Shown here in pieces: positions 1 to 13,600 of a stretch of DNA of 64,000 nucleotides. A model generated the notes under the pieces. It did not search any database and had not been told where the DNA came from. It saw only the letters and a program-made list of their open reading frames with translations. The stretch lies in the NCBI RefSeq assembly GCF_009914755.1, contig NC_060928.1, one strand, 5' to 3'. Position numbers and translations under genes: made by a program. Numbering within the stretch: the stretch's first letter is position 1; each line of letters opens with the position of its first letter. Source of the stretch: the human T2T-CHM13v2.0 reference genome, Homo sapiens.

Positions 1-74
1 ATTTATAGTAAGTGACTGGACACTAGGCTTACACAAAATTGTTTCCAAGTAAGGAACAATGTGACAAAGGTGTT

Positions 75-310
75 ACAAGCTCTGGCTCTCCTGGATTATG
101 CTCAAATCCCACCTCTGGGCTTGTTAGTTGCACAACCTTGAACATTTTGTTTGAATCTTCAGTACTTCAGTGTGCCCTCAGGAAAATAAAAATAATGTTA
201 ATAAAACTAGCTCCTAGGCTTGTTGCGAGAATTAAATTAAATTATGTGAACAAAGCTTGTGGAAAAATGATATCCCATAGCAAAAATTCAATAAATGCTT
301 AGTTATTATT
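75..310 (+). mobile_element. MIR SINE
   Basis: Degenerate core (ctcaaatcccacctct...aatcttcagtacttcagtgt) and typical 3' end (gttgcgagaattaaattaa...tcaataaatgcttagttattatt). Confidence 0.75.
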
Positions 311-1507
311 CACACATGAGAATATACTAAGTATACTATCACTGTTTTAGATTTTTCTTCCATCAGATTTACTACATGAAAGTAAAATACGTAAAATCAA
401 TGCTAACTAATGTGCACAAATAATTATCTGAATGTACTATAAACAAAGACTTTGAAAACTGCAAGTCCTATCTACTTAACGAACACCTGGGTTGAGTGAA
501 CTAAATGGCCTCTATCAGAGACATCGATGACTTGCACTGAACTTTGATCTTGTCACTAAATGTCATTCATCACTGGCAATATTTCACACACCATTTGGAT
601 TTGCTTGACAAGCTATCTATCCTCATGGAAATCTACATCTTGCTCCTTTAGCTGCTCTCAGAGTAAGAGTGCTGTTACTTAACATATTATCATTCTTTCA
701 AAACCTTGTATTCCTGGAGGTTATAAAAATAGGTAGGTGTCTGATTTAAAATTGAAAACGAAATGTGGAGCTGTTCTTACTTCCAGGCATAAAAATTACG
801 ATAGGCAATTTCCATTATTATTTGAACATAAAATTTCATTTCTTAAGGCTTTAAGCTTTTTTAAAAAAGTTTATTGCTGAATTTATTACTTTAGAGATAG
901 AATTGCCCATTTTCTTTGTATTTGTCATCAAATACTATTAAGTAGTTAATTTTGTCAGAAAAGGTACCAGACATTGTTCAGCATAAATAAGGAGACTCAG
1001 CCTGAGCTCTTCATTAATTTCTTATTTAATTCTGTCAGCTCTCAGGTACTCAGATAGCACAAATTTCAAAACAGAAACTTTGGCATATAGGATTTAGCCA
1101 TTATACTTCATTTTGTGTTTTGTGGTTAGTTTCATTTTAATGAGGTAGGCAAAGACGTTTCAGTGGATTTTTACAGAGAAAACTTGCACTTTGTACTTAA
1201 GAACACACAATTCAATCTATGTCTTTTTCTTGCCTTAAGCTCCATTTTAAAAACATCTCTGAGTTTGCTTGTGAATTGCACATAAATGTAAATTCAGTGC
1301 AGGTTTTTAAAGTTATGTTTCTCTTGAGTCCTAAAAACATATTTCACCTTAATTTTAACATTTTGGGTATTTTTAATCTCAAGATTTTATGCCCTTTGCA
1401 ATTTGCATACTTTTAAGAATTTACTTCCCTACATCCCCACTTTAAACTTACTTAACACACATTTGCAAAGGGGTGGTTGCAAATGCCAAATGCACTCTAT
1501 ACTTGGA

Positions 1508-1572
1508 GTGTGTTTGTGTGTGTATGTGTGTGTATGTGTGTGTGAGAGAGAGAAAGAGAGAGAGAGAGAGAG
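1508..1572. repeat. Compound (TG)n(GA)n microsatellite
   Basis: Directly visible TG run followed by GA run. Confidence 0.95.
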
Positions 1573-1629
1573 ATTTCCCTATCTTTGAAATTTTCTCAAC
1601 ATCTTCTTGCTCCTAAAATGTGGGCTAGG

Positions 1630-1780
1630 GGCTGGGTGCAGTGGCATGCTGTAATCCCAACACTTTGCGAGGCTGAGGTGGGAGGATTGCTTGAGGCCAG
1701 GAGTTTAAGACCAGCCTGGGCAACACAGAACCTGTAAAAGTCAAAAAAAAATAAAAGAGAGAGAGAGAGAAAAGAAAAAG
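1630..1780 (+). mobile_element. Alu left monomer (FLAM_C/AluJ-like) with A/GA-rich tail
   Basis: ggctgggtgcagtggc...ggaggattgcttgaggccaggagtt...cctgggcaaca followed by an A-rich tail; no right arm. Confidence 0.85.
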
Positions 1781-3165
1781 ATAATGTGCTGTATAGGATG
1801 ACCTGCCCAAGCTGTCTCTTGCCTAGTAGGCTGCTTATATCTTTAGCTGATTGTTCCAGGTGCTTATATACTGTCCCTCACTACATTACATTATTCTATG
1901 AAAGAATAAGTTAGATAGACCTCCGTCTTTGATTAAGACAATAAATACCTTCTTCCAAGGCTTCATTGGTAGAGCAGCAGCATCTTGTTCTTCTATTGTC
2001 AGGGTCATAATTATGATTTTTACTCACTTCCCTTGAAAGTTTCCTATTTTTGTGTCCCTTTCCCTTAAAAACACATCATCATTGTGTTTGTTTATATTTT
2101 AATAACAAGGGAAGGTCTCTGAAATAATGACTATTAGCATCTGTTCACAACAATATTTGTGCCAGATATTTGTTTTTAAAAAATGGAGCAAATGTATTAG
2201 GTAATATTTGTAGAGACACACTATACATCAAGGACTATCGTTAGGTGGTTCTTTTGATTCAGAGCCCTCTGTGCCTCGCCAAACAGGAGGAATTCTTTAA
2301 TAGAACTTTTGTGAGCAATTGGTGATCACCTTCCAAATGTAATCTGATTCAGAATATAATAGTTATTCTGTTTAATTATCAGATTGTAACCATGGAAGAC
2401 ACATCTAAACTCAAAAAAGAGAAACGTCTGTGAGATCTGAGAATTACCTGTGTTCATTATGAAGAAGTAAATAAAATACAATGATTAAGAAAACATATAC
2501 AACTTTCCCTACTACAGAGCAACTTCATGTATGTATTTGATTTCAGTACATAGTTCTCATTTGTCATTTTGTTTCTAGCTGCCTCAGTTAGGGTGGAAAC
2601 TTGACTGTATAACTTTCCAAGGTAGTAGAGCTAAACATGGGGATTTAGGACTGTTTTGGGGGCAGGAAAGGAGAGTTCTGGTTCTCGAGTTTCCCTCTGG
2701 CACACTTAATGATATCCAGTGCAGGTATATACCTCAATAAAACCAGAGCCAGAGAAAATAAATGTAGACACGTTGTTCTTGAATCATACTAATTTTCTGT
2801 AGATGTCTCTAGGAAAATTTAAAATGGGTGAAATGGAAATCCCTGTATATCCAGACTATGCTTCCTCATGGCCTCATTTAAACGATAACCTGGCCAGTAG
2901 CTTCTTTCTGATGCCTTTCCTGAATAGTGACAGCAGACGAAGTTATTCAAATGCCTATTGAAGAGTTCTGGAGTATGCAGGAAAGCGCTGCTGTGGAATA
3001 ATGCCTAGAAGGCAGGGTAAATTTCCACTTAAGGTCTTTTCCATAGCAAGTATTATTCTTAAGGCAGTGGAATTATTTGATCCTTTGAGGGAATAGAGTT
3101 TGCAGCTAGCTGAAGTGAGTAGATGAGTCCTCAGAGTTGGCATTTGTGGGCTGTTGTACTATTTT

Positions 3166-3641
3166 TTTTATTTTACTTTAGGTTTGGGATACATGTGCAG
3201 AACACGCAGGCTTGTTACATAGGTATACATGTGCCATGGTGGTTTGCTGCGCCTATCAACCTGTCATCTAGGTTTTTAGCCCTATAGGTATTAGGTATTT
3301 GTCCTAATGCTCTCTCTCCCCTTGCCCCCAACACCCGACAGGCCCAAGTGTGTGATGTTCCCCTCCCTGCGTCCATGTGTTCTGTATGTTTACTGCAGCG
3401 CTATTCACAATAGCAAAGACATGGAACCAACCCAAATGCCCATCGACGATAGACTGGATAAGAAAATGTGGCACATGTACACCATGGAATACTATGCAGA
3501 CATAAAAAAGAATGAGTTCATGTCCTTTGCAGGTACCTGCATGAATCTGGAAGCCATCATTCTCAGCAAACTAACACAGGAACAGAAAACCAAACGCCAC
3601 ATGTTCTCACTCATAAGTGGGAGTCGAACAATGAGAACACA
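3166..3641 (-). mobile_element. 5'-truncated L1PA (about L1PA7/8) with twin-priming inversion
   Basis: 3166-3383 is the L1 3'UTR on the minus strand; 3384-3641 is the ORF2 C-terminus on the plus strand (TMEYYADIKKNEFMSFAG...HMFSLISGS); TSD tgttgtactatttt at 3152-3165 and 3642-3655. Confidence 0.93.
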
Positions 3642-5006
3642 TGTTGTACTATTTTAACTTCAGTAGCTTCAGCAGTTGGCATCTCACGGATGCCTACCAC
3701 TCCAGGGATTTAAAATGAATGCTTATGTCACAATCTCTACCATGTTCTTAGCTTCTCTTTCTATTGTCCCAGTACTAGTTGTCTTCACTTGGTGGGTGCA
3801 AAAGTCTGAGCCCACATAAACTGACTATGGACATCTAGTTGCTTTTTTGTCAGCAGTAAACAGTTGTTTCAAACTCTTGTGTTTTTCAAGAATATAAACA
3901 CTTTGTTAGATGATTCAGAGGTTGTGTCATGAATTGGCGCTGATTATTTTACTTGTCTACAAGGGGGTCTCTGCCTATTCCCTCAATGTGATACATGCTC
4001 TTCGTTAGAATGCATGTTTTTAAAGTAAAACACCCTCCCTGTCTTATAACTCATGAACGCTAGATGTCAGTATTGCTCTTTTTCTTCCAAACCAATGCCC
4101 TTAGTGAATGATGTCATAGCCTGCTCGGTCTTTCAGCAACGTTGTACACACAGAAAATTGTTCAGCTCAGAGTCTTTTACTGAAATAGTCGGAACCATAT
4201 ACTCTCTGGCTTTCTATGATATGGTTCACGTTGTTTTAAGGAAACATTATCATTTCTCTTCTGCAAAGAGCAGTATTTTTATGAAAAAATTAAAGGTAGA
4301 ATCAAAATAATAGAAAAAAAATTATATTTGTCAAGGCCTTTTTAATAATAATGGTTTTATAAAATGCAGCTGCCACTAATCACTTTTGGATATAGCTAAA
4401 TTGCAAACATCTCTGAGATCTTGATGGATGAATAGCAGAAGATATAATACAAGTAATAGCATTCAAGAAGGCAAACTATCAAATATTTTCAAAACTATAT
4501 ATAATTTGTTTATATTGTCTCATTTGAATTATGCATCTTTAAAAAGGTTGTTAGAAAGCAATATTTAAGCATTTTGTTTTTGCCAGGAAAAAAAATCAAC
4601 AACAGAATATCTTGAGACAAAATCCTCCAAACACCTTTGTATCTAAAGCCACACGGTCATTGTCAGTTGGCAAACTCAGATATTTATATTAGCATATAAA
4701 ATCTTCTTTAGGGGCTACATGTTACTCAGGGTTTTTACCGTCCACTTGCTTCTATCAGAAAGTTTCATTTGGCACCCATTCATTCAGTCAGTCTTTATTT
4801 CATTCAGCAAATAGTTATTGAATACCTACTCTATGCTCTATGCTATATGGTGTTCTACACCTTGGGGCTACTGAACAAAAACTATATTATCATCTTCATG
4901 GAAATTACATTTAAAGGTAGCAGGCAGAGACTGACAAAAAATGATACAAGTAAATATATTATATAATTTCACAAATGTTAAGTTCCATTAAGAAGAACAA
5001 TGCAGA

Positions 5007-5302
5007 GCCGGGCTTGGTGGCTCACGCCTGTAATCCCAACACTTTGGGAGGCCGAGGCGAGTGGATCACGAGGTCAGGAGATCGAGATCATCCTGGCTAA
5101 CATGGCGAAACCCCGTCTTTACTAAAAATACAAAAAATTAGCCAGGCGTGGTGGCACGCGCCTGTAGTCCCAGCTACTCGGGAGGCTGAGACAGGAGAAT
5201 GGTGTGAACCCAGAGCTTGCAATGAGCCGAGATCGTGCCACTGCACTCCAGCCTGGGTGACAGAGTGAGACTCTGTCTAAAAAACAAAGAAAAGAAAAGT
5301 AA
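5007..5302 (+). mobile_element. AluY
   Basis: Diagnostics gagatcgagatcatcctggctaac, ggagaatggtgtgaacc, gagcttgca; small right-arm deletion; TSD aacaatgcaga at 4996-5006 and 5303-5313. Confidence 0.92.
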
Positions 5303-5317
5303 AACAATGCAGAATTA

Positions 5318-5359
5318 TGGGACATCAAATAGTATAATTGGGACATCACATAGTATAAT
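5318..5359. repeat. 21-bp tandem duplication
   Basis: tgggacatcaaatagtataat / tgggacatcacatagtataat. Confidence 0.9.
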
Positions 5360-5405
5360 TAGTTTCACAAGAGTAGTCCTGGAAGACATACATGTGAGGG
5401 TGACA

Positions 5406-5710
<305 letters not shown>

Positions 5711-5915
5711 TGAGACACCAATTGAGCCTAGACCTGAACTAAGTGAGGCAGCGAATAAGGAATTACAAGGCAAGGATCAGCAAGTATAAGAACACTGAAG
5801 TAGAAGTAAACTTGCTGTATTTGAGGAGGCCCTGGTAACATAAATGTTGTAGACTGAAATGAGATTGCAAAAGGTCAGTTTGAGAACATAGCAGGATTGA
5901 GGCCATGGAATCTAC

Positions 5916-6180
5916 GATGATGATGATGATGGAGATGATAATGACAGTAAACATTTATTAAGAGTAATATATGCCAAGTGGTTTTATAAACACTTTACAT
6001 ATATTATTAAATAATTTAATTTTTACAGCAACCCAAAGAGAAGGACAGTATTTTTCCTTCTTTGGAGAGAAGAAAACTGGGTAATAGAGAGTTTACGTTC
6101 ACAGGAACTAGTAGAAGCTGGTGCAACTGGCATATATATTAAATCATTTTGGCTCTAGAGCCTGTTCTCTCAACTATTAA
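5916..6180 (-). mobile_element. MIR with (GAT)n-derived tail
   Basis: aacatttattaagag...cactttacatatattatt...aaaactgggtaatagagagttt resembles the MIR reverse complement. Confidence 0.7.
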
Positions 6181-6289
6181 GTGATTGTAAGCAATGAACA
6201 TTTTTTTCTAGTTCTTTACTTATGTGTCATATATCTACTGCTTTGCTGCAGCATGAAAGAGGTGATACCATAAGGTATAAAAAAAACAG

Positions 6290-6425
6290 ACACTAAAACA
6301 GCGGGTAATACTGAGATTCATATTTTAGCTCTCCTTCTAACTTGCTTTTTGGATTTAGAATATCTCTTTGCCTCTTCGGATGTCGGTTTCCTCAACTGTA
6401 AGATAACTGTAAGGATGCAGACTAG
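6290..6425 (+). mobile_element. MIR/MIR3 core fragment
   Basis: cctcttcggatgtcggtttcctcaactgtaagat core motif. Confidence 0.55.
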
Positions 6426-7465
6426 AGTTCACAAGTTGGCAATCCTGAGGACAGTGATATTTCTCCATATGTGTTTCCACTAGACCTTTCATTAGACAAT
6501 GGTGTTGTCATTGCTGTTATTGGAATGAAATTGTTTAAAACACTTGAAACTGAAATAACTTGTATACGACTGTAGATTTATGGTTTGAATTTTAACATCT
6601 GAATATGTAACACTATTAAACTTGTATTCAGTGAGCCAGGTGGTCACCTAGACAATGAGTGGACCTCCAGAAGGAGCACGAACTCTACTTCCACAGTTAC
6701 ACAGCAACAGCCATTTATGTCACCTGTCAGGCCGTGGGATGTATTTTTAATGGAATACCCAGGTCCAACTATTCTCTGAGATCTTTTCTAGCGCTAGATT
6801 TTATGTCTCCACTTAATTTTCTTCAGTGATATGAGATTATGGTGTAAAAGGGGCTGATTGAGGCCGGAGAGAGATGGTACAGAAAATACCAATTGTCATT
6901 CCAAAGTTTTGCAACCTTGTTCTTTTGAAAGAGACATCCCTGTTCAACAGGCAAAGGGAAAAGAATGAGTTTGAGGTAAACCAGAAGTTTTGAGGTAGAA
7001 AAAGATGACTGTTCTTTATGCCTCCTTCTACTGGTTCTTTGAAGGTTGCTGACTTCATTTTGTTTAAAACGTGAATTTACAACCTATCAGCATGTAGGTG
7101 CAAATATAAATATAAAAATACAGTCCAAAGACAAATAAAATTATTTTAATTAGTTGCTACTGTAAATTACCAATTTCTCATATTTTTCCCACATATCTTT
7201 TTATTGAATGAATCTGCATCTATAAATTAATTCCAAGACTCTTCTGTAGACTCATAATAATCCAAATAAAATTCATTCAGAATGTATAGGATGAAAATGT
7301 ATTGCTGTTTCTATCCTCATACCCTGTTTCACTTTCATGTTCCTCCTCCTTGGGGCGCTGTAGTTCACTCTGGTGAGTGTTCAGCCTCGTGTACACTATT
7401 GGAAGCTGGAGAGACTTAGTTGCAAAATGAAAGAGACAGGGAAGTGTGGGATTATTTTTTTCAAC

Positions 7466-7766
<301 letters not shown>

Positions 7767-8140
7767 CACTATTTTGTTTTTTCACCTTAATTTCCTTTTA
7801 GTGCTGTATTTTTTTATTCCCTCATTTCCCAGGTAACAGGCAAGGTGAAAGATAAGAGAAAAAAAAAATCTATCTGCCCATATAATTTACAAAGGATAAG
7901 AAGTAAAGCATGTTATGAAAAACAAATCTAGTATCAAGACATAATAAAAATAGCACATAAATGTGTAAGCATCCCCCACCCCCAGATATAAACTATACTG
8001 TTCTAGTTGATTTTCCTCAAATTCCCTTATTGAATTCATTATCTTCAGGATTGCCACAAAACTCAATTACTGGAAGGGACAATGTGATACATAAAAAAAA
8101 ATGTTTCTGTGAATATTCTGGTAATATCTTCTTTTTAATC

Positions 8141-8242
8141 ACAACTAATCTTTGTTCCGTGTTAAGTTTATAATAATCTATGTGTTTCCTTACAACAGAT
8201 CTTTGTTCTGTGTTAAGTTTATAACAATCTATGTGTTTTCCT
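8141..8242. repeat. 51-bp tandem duplication
   Basis: acaac..atctttgttcYgtgttaagtttataaYaatctatgtgttt occurs twice, at 8141 and 8192. Confidence 0.9.
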
Positions 8243-8559
8243 CCAAGGATCTATCCAGGATAAAATTCCTGGTAAAAGCTGTGAATTTTACAACTAGGTC
8301 AAACAGAAAAGTATGTTGACAAGTTTCTTAGAGAAAGAGAAATTGAAAAAATTTTGTGTTTTTCCAGAGATCTCAGCAGACATCTGTCTAAAACCAGAGC
8401 AATGTAGATGAAAGTAGCATATATATGATTCAGATTCCTATTCAGGAAATCTAGAAGAATACATGGTGACTTTGGTTTTTTTGGAGGAAATATATGAATA
8501 ACAATTTTGTGATTGTCCTCAGGTGTCATATTTTCACACATCAGTACTGAAAGTATCCT

Positions 8560-8760
8560 GTTAGTCTGGGAATTAACTCAAACTCTGAAACTATATTAAG
8601 TTCAAACCTTGGTTCTAGCCCTTGCTAGCTGTGTCATCTCGGGCAGGTTACTAAACCACTCTGGACCTCAGTTACCTCATGTAAAACTGAAAATTGTATG
8701 AGCTAATTTTTGTAAATCACATCAAACAAGGATTGTCAAGTAGTAGTTACCATATTTTAT
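8560..8760 (+). mobile_element. MIR
   Basis: gttcaaaccttggttct...ctagctgtgtcatctcgggcaggttactaaaccactctggacctcagttacctcatgtaaaa. Confidence 0.8.
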
Positions 8761-9639
8761 TAAATCAACAAAACTTTATGCTTTAGTGTATATATTTCAG
8801 ATATATTGCTTAGAAAGACTTTGAATGTTTCTTTTTATTATTTAAATTTTCTCTATAAATAAGTTCTTCAAAGGATTGTCAAATTTAAGAATGCTTCCTC
8901 CATTTGAACTAGATTGTAATTTGTTTAATTTATTATTTTTCTTACAATGGCATGAGCATTCAAGGACAGGAGGCAAACCCCAGTCAGCGGATTTTACAAA
9001 TCCTCTATACTCTTTCAATTCTGCAGAGATAGGAGAAAAAAACATTAATTGTAGAGAGCTATGTATTACATTATTTAAAATGAAAGAAATATGTAGAAAA
9101 TTGGCCCAAGTGTATGTCTCAGTCATTGTAAATACCAGGACTAAATATTCCTAATAGGATCATAAATTACTGAAAAACACTAGGCTTTAGGGAAAGGTTG
9201 TACATACTATATTGAAAGATTAATTCAATCTTACGTTTGGAGAAGAGTGACCTCTTCAAAGGTAACACATGTAGATCACTAAGATGAGAACTTTGGAAGC
9301 CCCACATCACTGCTCTTTCCCATGTGACATATTATTATTTGTCAAATAAGTTTTGAAATTCATACGTGATATAATTTTAAAAGCAATACAGATAATACTG
9401 ACATTTCTGTTTGACTTTGGAATACATCTTTTATATTCGCTCATAATCTGTTAAGTAATAAACTTATGTGTTAAGTAATAATATTTTAAATAAAATGAAG
9501 CAGTCACAGGGTTCAGAGATACCTGGAGGAGATGTGAATACTACCCGGCTCCTTTATTTGCTCACTAGTCTAGGTGGGTTCATCCAATTCTCGCTTTGTG
9601 TTGAAAGAGCTAGTCTTGTCCAATAGTGAATTATCTGCC

Positions 9640-10610
9640 AATTATTTTATTTTTTAACCTTGTATCGTCTCTTTTGATTGTATAATTTTTATTGACCTAT
9701 CTTTAAATTCACTAGCCCTTCTTCCTCTTGTATCTAATTTGCTCTTAATCCTGTTGAATATAACTTTTATTTGAAATATTAGTATTTCTAGCTCTTGAAT
9801 TTCCATTTTTAGATACAGTTATTGTTTTTTCTGCTAATATTTACTATATGTTTATTCATTATGAACATATTTTATTTTATGTCCTTAAAGCATGGATATA
9901 ATAGCTGACTTAAAGTCCTTGTCTACTAATTTTAGCAACTGAGTTATCTTAGATTTGATCTCTATTAATTTATTTGTCCCTTGAGAATGGGTGTCATTTT
10001 CTGATTTCATATTGTAAACAGTAATTGTGAACTATATTCTGAACATTTCAATGTTATCTGTTCTGACTGTGGATTCTGTTATGTTCTTCTTAAGAGTGTT
10101 TTTTTTTTTTTTTTTTTTTTTTTACAGCAATTGGTTAACTTGGCTGAACTAAAAATCCATGCTTTGTCTTCCCTGCAGTCAGAACTGCTGAAATATCTGT
10201 TCATCTATTTTGGGCTTCACTGGGCTGCTTGAAGCCTACTTTGTACATTTATAATTCAGGGGTCACTCAGAAATGTGGCTAGATTGTATTTGCACAGTTG
10301 GCCTTCCTCTCTGGATCTCTGTCATTTCTCACATTTCTTCTCTACTTCCAGCTATTATGGTAGCACTGACTTCTGTCCTCGGACTCTTCAAGCCAGTAAG
10401 GCTAGAGCCTGATCAGAATCAAAGAGCCTTAAAAGGAAGAAAGTGCTGGACCTTTCTTCTAGTGTTGACTCCCTTCCAGTTTCTGCATTTTTGTTCCTCG
10501 ACAATTGCTTCAGAAAATTGTTTGGTGTTTTGTTCAGAGTTCATAATTATTATATGTAAGAAAGTTCATTTTTTGTGATGCAATAATCACTACTGCTGGA
10601 GTTGGAACTT
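9640..10610 (-). mobile_element. Old L1M (L1M4/L1ME-like) 5'/ORF1 region
   Basis: T-rich; attgacctatctttaaattcact...tttgaaatattagtatttctagctcttgaatttccatt resembles antisense L1M ORF1; contains a poly-T run at about 10099-10123. Confidence 0.6.
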
Positions 10611-13600
10611 TTATATTTGATGGCTTTTAGTGGAAAACCTGAGGACCTAAATTTATAATGCTTTTCTACATAGAATTTGCATGTGCTTTTGCTTGTAAGG
10701 GGAAGCTACCAACCTGGCGTGATTTCGGTCTTTTTTGGGCTAAGAATATGTTCCTTCATATTGCTTCTTGCCCAAAGACTGGCCTTCCTTCCTCAGGGAA
10801 AATTTATTTCCCCTTTAGGTTTACAGCTCAAGTTCAGGTCAAGTTCCAATTCATGTTTCCTTTCACTTTCACTCCCTAAAAGCCTGAGCCCAAGAATGCA
10901 ATAACAACACACCTAAGAGGGTATCTGTTTTGTTGTAGAGTGAGAGGTCTTTAGACTATTAAGCTGCCATACTGCTAGGTATGAAATTTTTAATTCTACA
11001 AATTTTTATACTTCATTTACAAATAATAGTTCACATTGAATCATCTGGTTTCTTGCACAGCTTAAATTCTCTCGTGCCAGTTTTGTTCATACTTTTGAAT
11101 TCTTATAAATATTCTACTTTTGTCTTAAAAAATCATGTCAGTCAATACACACTCATGTACATTTTATAGATACCCATGATTTAATTAACTACTGGGAAAG
11201 GCTATGACCCATCTCTTTGGGTCACACTCTTGTGCCTGTGTCAAGCCAGTTGTGCAGTAAGGAGCAGGTGTGAGACCCACCTTAGAGTCTATTGGGATAG
11301 TGTTAATCTTTTCCCCCTATATTCAAAGCTTGTTTTTAACTCTTAGGTCTTAATGTGCCCTATACAACTTAGGTTAAAAAATCTTTTATGTAATATATAA
11401 TAATTTCCCCTTCAATTTAAAAGCAGAAATTTTTAAAACTTGCCAATGAATGAGGTTGATAAAAGGCAACAAGAATAAAAGCCATAAAATTCAGGCAGCT
11501 ACTGAATCTTCAATAGTGTTAATCACAGTTTCAGCTGCTTATTAATTGAGAATCAGATGTCAAGAATGCACAAAAGTTGCTCAAAGGCAAGACAATATTA
11601 TGACAATTATTAGCAATCATATCATCCTTTAGGTAACACTACTGAAGAGTTGTAGAAGGGGCAAGACTCAGGAAGTAAATTCTATTAAAATGGTTACATA
11701 GACAAACTGATTGACCCATTAATTTATTTCCAATATTTAAAAATCCAGTGAAGAAAGTTTTAAAAACATTCTGCAGAAGTATTTTACACTTTTCTGATTC
11801 TACTTCTCTTATTCTCTTTTCCTTTTCTGAGGCATACAATCTTTGGCATGCATGTTCCAAGGATTTTATCTACATATTTTGCTAACAAAGTACTCATTCT
11901 AAGGAAAAACAGAATGTTTGATTGTATTTAGTTTTATACTTTTAGCTAATGGAAGGCAAACAGACATGAAAATTAGTTTATGATAATTAGGTCAAGACTG
12001 GTTAGAATTATTTTGTAAAATTAAGGTGAGCCTAATGATTGATATGTAGCCAGGTACCAAAAATCGTCAAGAGCTTGATGATTTACTACAGCAAATTAAA
12101 ACAAATCAGGTTGAATAAACACATATAATTTTCAACTTCTTTCAGCATAAATTGAACTGCGTAATATGATATTGATAAAACTTTATGTAAACAAAATTAA
12201 ATCTGACAATGAAAATGCATTTTAGCATCATTTGAAGTAAGCTAACAGAGGAGCACAAACTATTGGCAAAAAGATTATTAAGAGTTGTGCTATTGACATT
12301 ACAATTAAAATCGTAGACTAGTGGGCTGTTACAAAAAACACAGTTAGTGGCATTGTCTAAAAATGAAGCCCAGAAAAAAATTCTAGCATTATATCCAAAG
12401 TGCTTGATGAATTACTTTGGAGGCTGAGATTATGTAAAATCTCTATACAGTTCAACTGGATGACAGTATAGACTTTGTGAATCTCTCCATGTTTGTTTTT
12501 GTATGGTGTGTTCAGGCAGGTGAATACGAGGAAGATGTATTACGTTTTAAAATGCTTGTCACATAAATGTAACTGGATAATGGAGCAGTCTGAACTTTTA
12601 TCTTTTCCAATCACATCCTTCTACCACGCTCTGTCAAATCTCTCATTTAAAGCCCCTTAACAGCATTCCAGGCAGACCTCATAGCCTTCCTTTCATTTCC
12701 AGTTATCTTAAGTTCAATCCAGTTGAAAACTCCAATTTTGTCTCTTCTTCTATCCTCAAGCAATGGCTTAACTCTTTACTAAAAGGACCTGCATGAAGAA
12801 GCGTCTGCTTTATAAAACACCATCTCCCTTTTTTTGATTGAATTCTAGCCACTGTGGAGACAGGCAGGCATTAGGGTGGATGGGCAAAAGCCTTCTTGCA
12901 TAATGGTGCATGTGATTACACTCCATGTTTCTGCTGCTTCACTGGCTGACACTGTCTGAGTATGAATGTCTTCTGTGAGGCAGGCATCTGGGTGATGGCC
13001 CTTTTATGCAGAGCCTTTGGGTCTGCCCCAGTGCCCAAGTTCCTGACTTGGGAAAGCCAATTCTGATGAAGTTTTTTCTACCCATTTACTTCAGCTCTTT
13101 ATCAATGGTACAAACTTTCACCTTTTGAAGTTTGATTACCTTACGTGGGGAGTCAAGTTCTTGTGTGGGGCAAGAGCAAAAGGGAGCAAACCTGGCTACT
13201 TTCTAAGCTGAAGCATTCCTTCTGTGAAACAAACAAACCCTTGCAAACACAAATGGGGAACATGCAGCCTTGTCTATAGCTGTCCTGCTGTCTCCTCTCA
13301 TTTCTCCTGTTCGTTATTTACACAGATTCCGAGAAGACTAACAAATGCATTGTACAAGCAGGCATTCAGCCTTTCCTGAGAGATGTTCATTTCCTGTTGA
13401 GTCACTCCTAACTTTTATGAGATTTGTTCTTAAGTTCCCTTCACTTGACTTTACAGGACTTGGGTGCAAGCTTCTTCTCCATGGATATTAATTTTAATAG
13501 AAACTTTAAGGTTTTTGTTTTCCTTTCCCCTTCCTTTTTTTTCTTTTTTTAAAAAATACTATCAATCGTAGGATGCAGCATTATCTTATGTTGTCACTAA

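Noticed and set aside
3307-3657. 116-aa ORF with L1 ORF2 C-terminal similarity
   Set aside because: Chance fusion across the L1 inversion junction; not a gene
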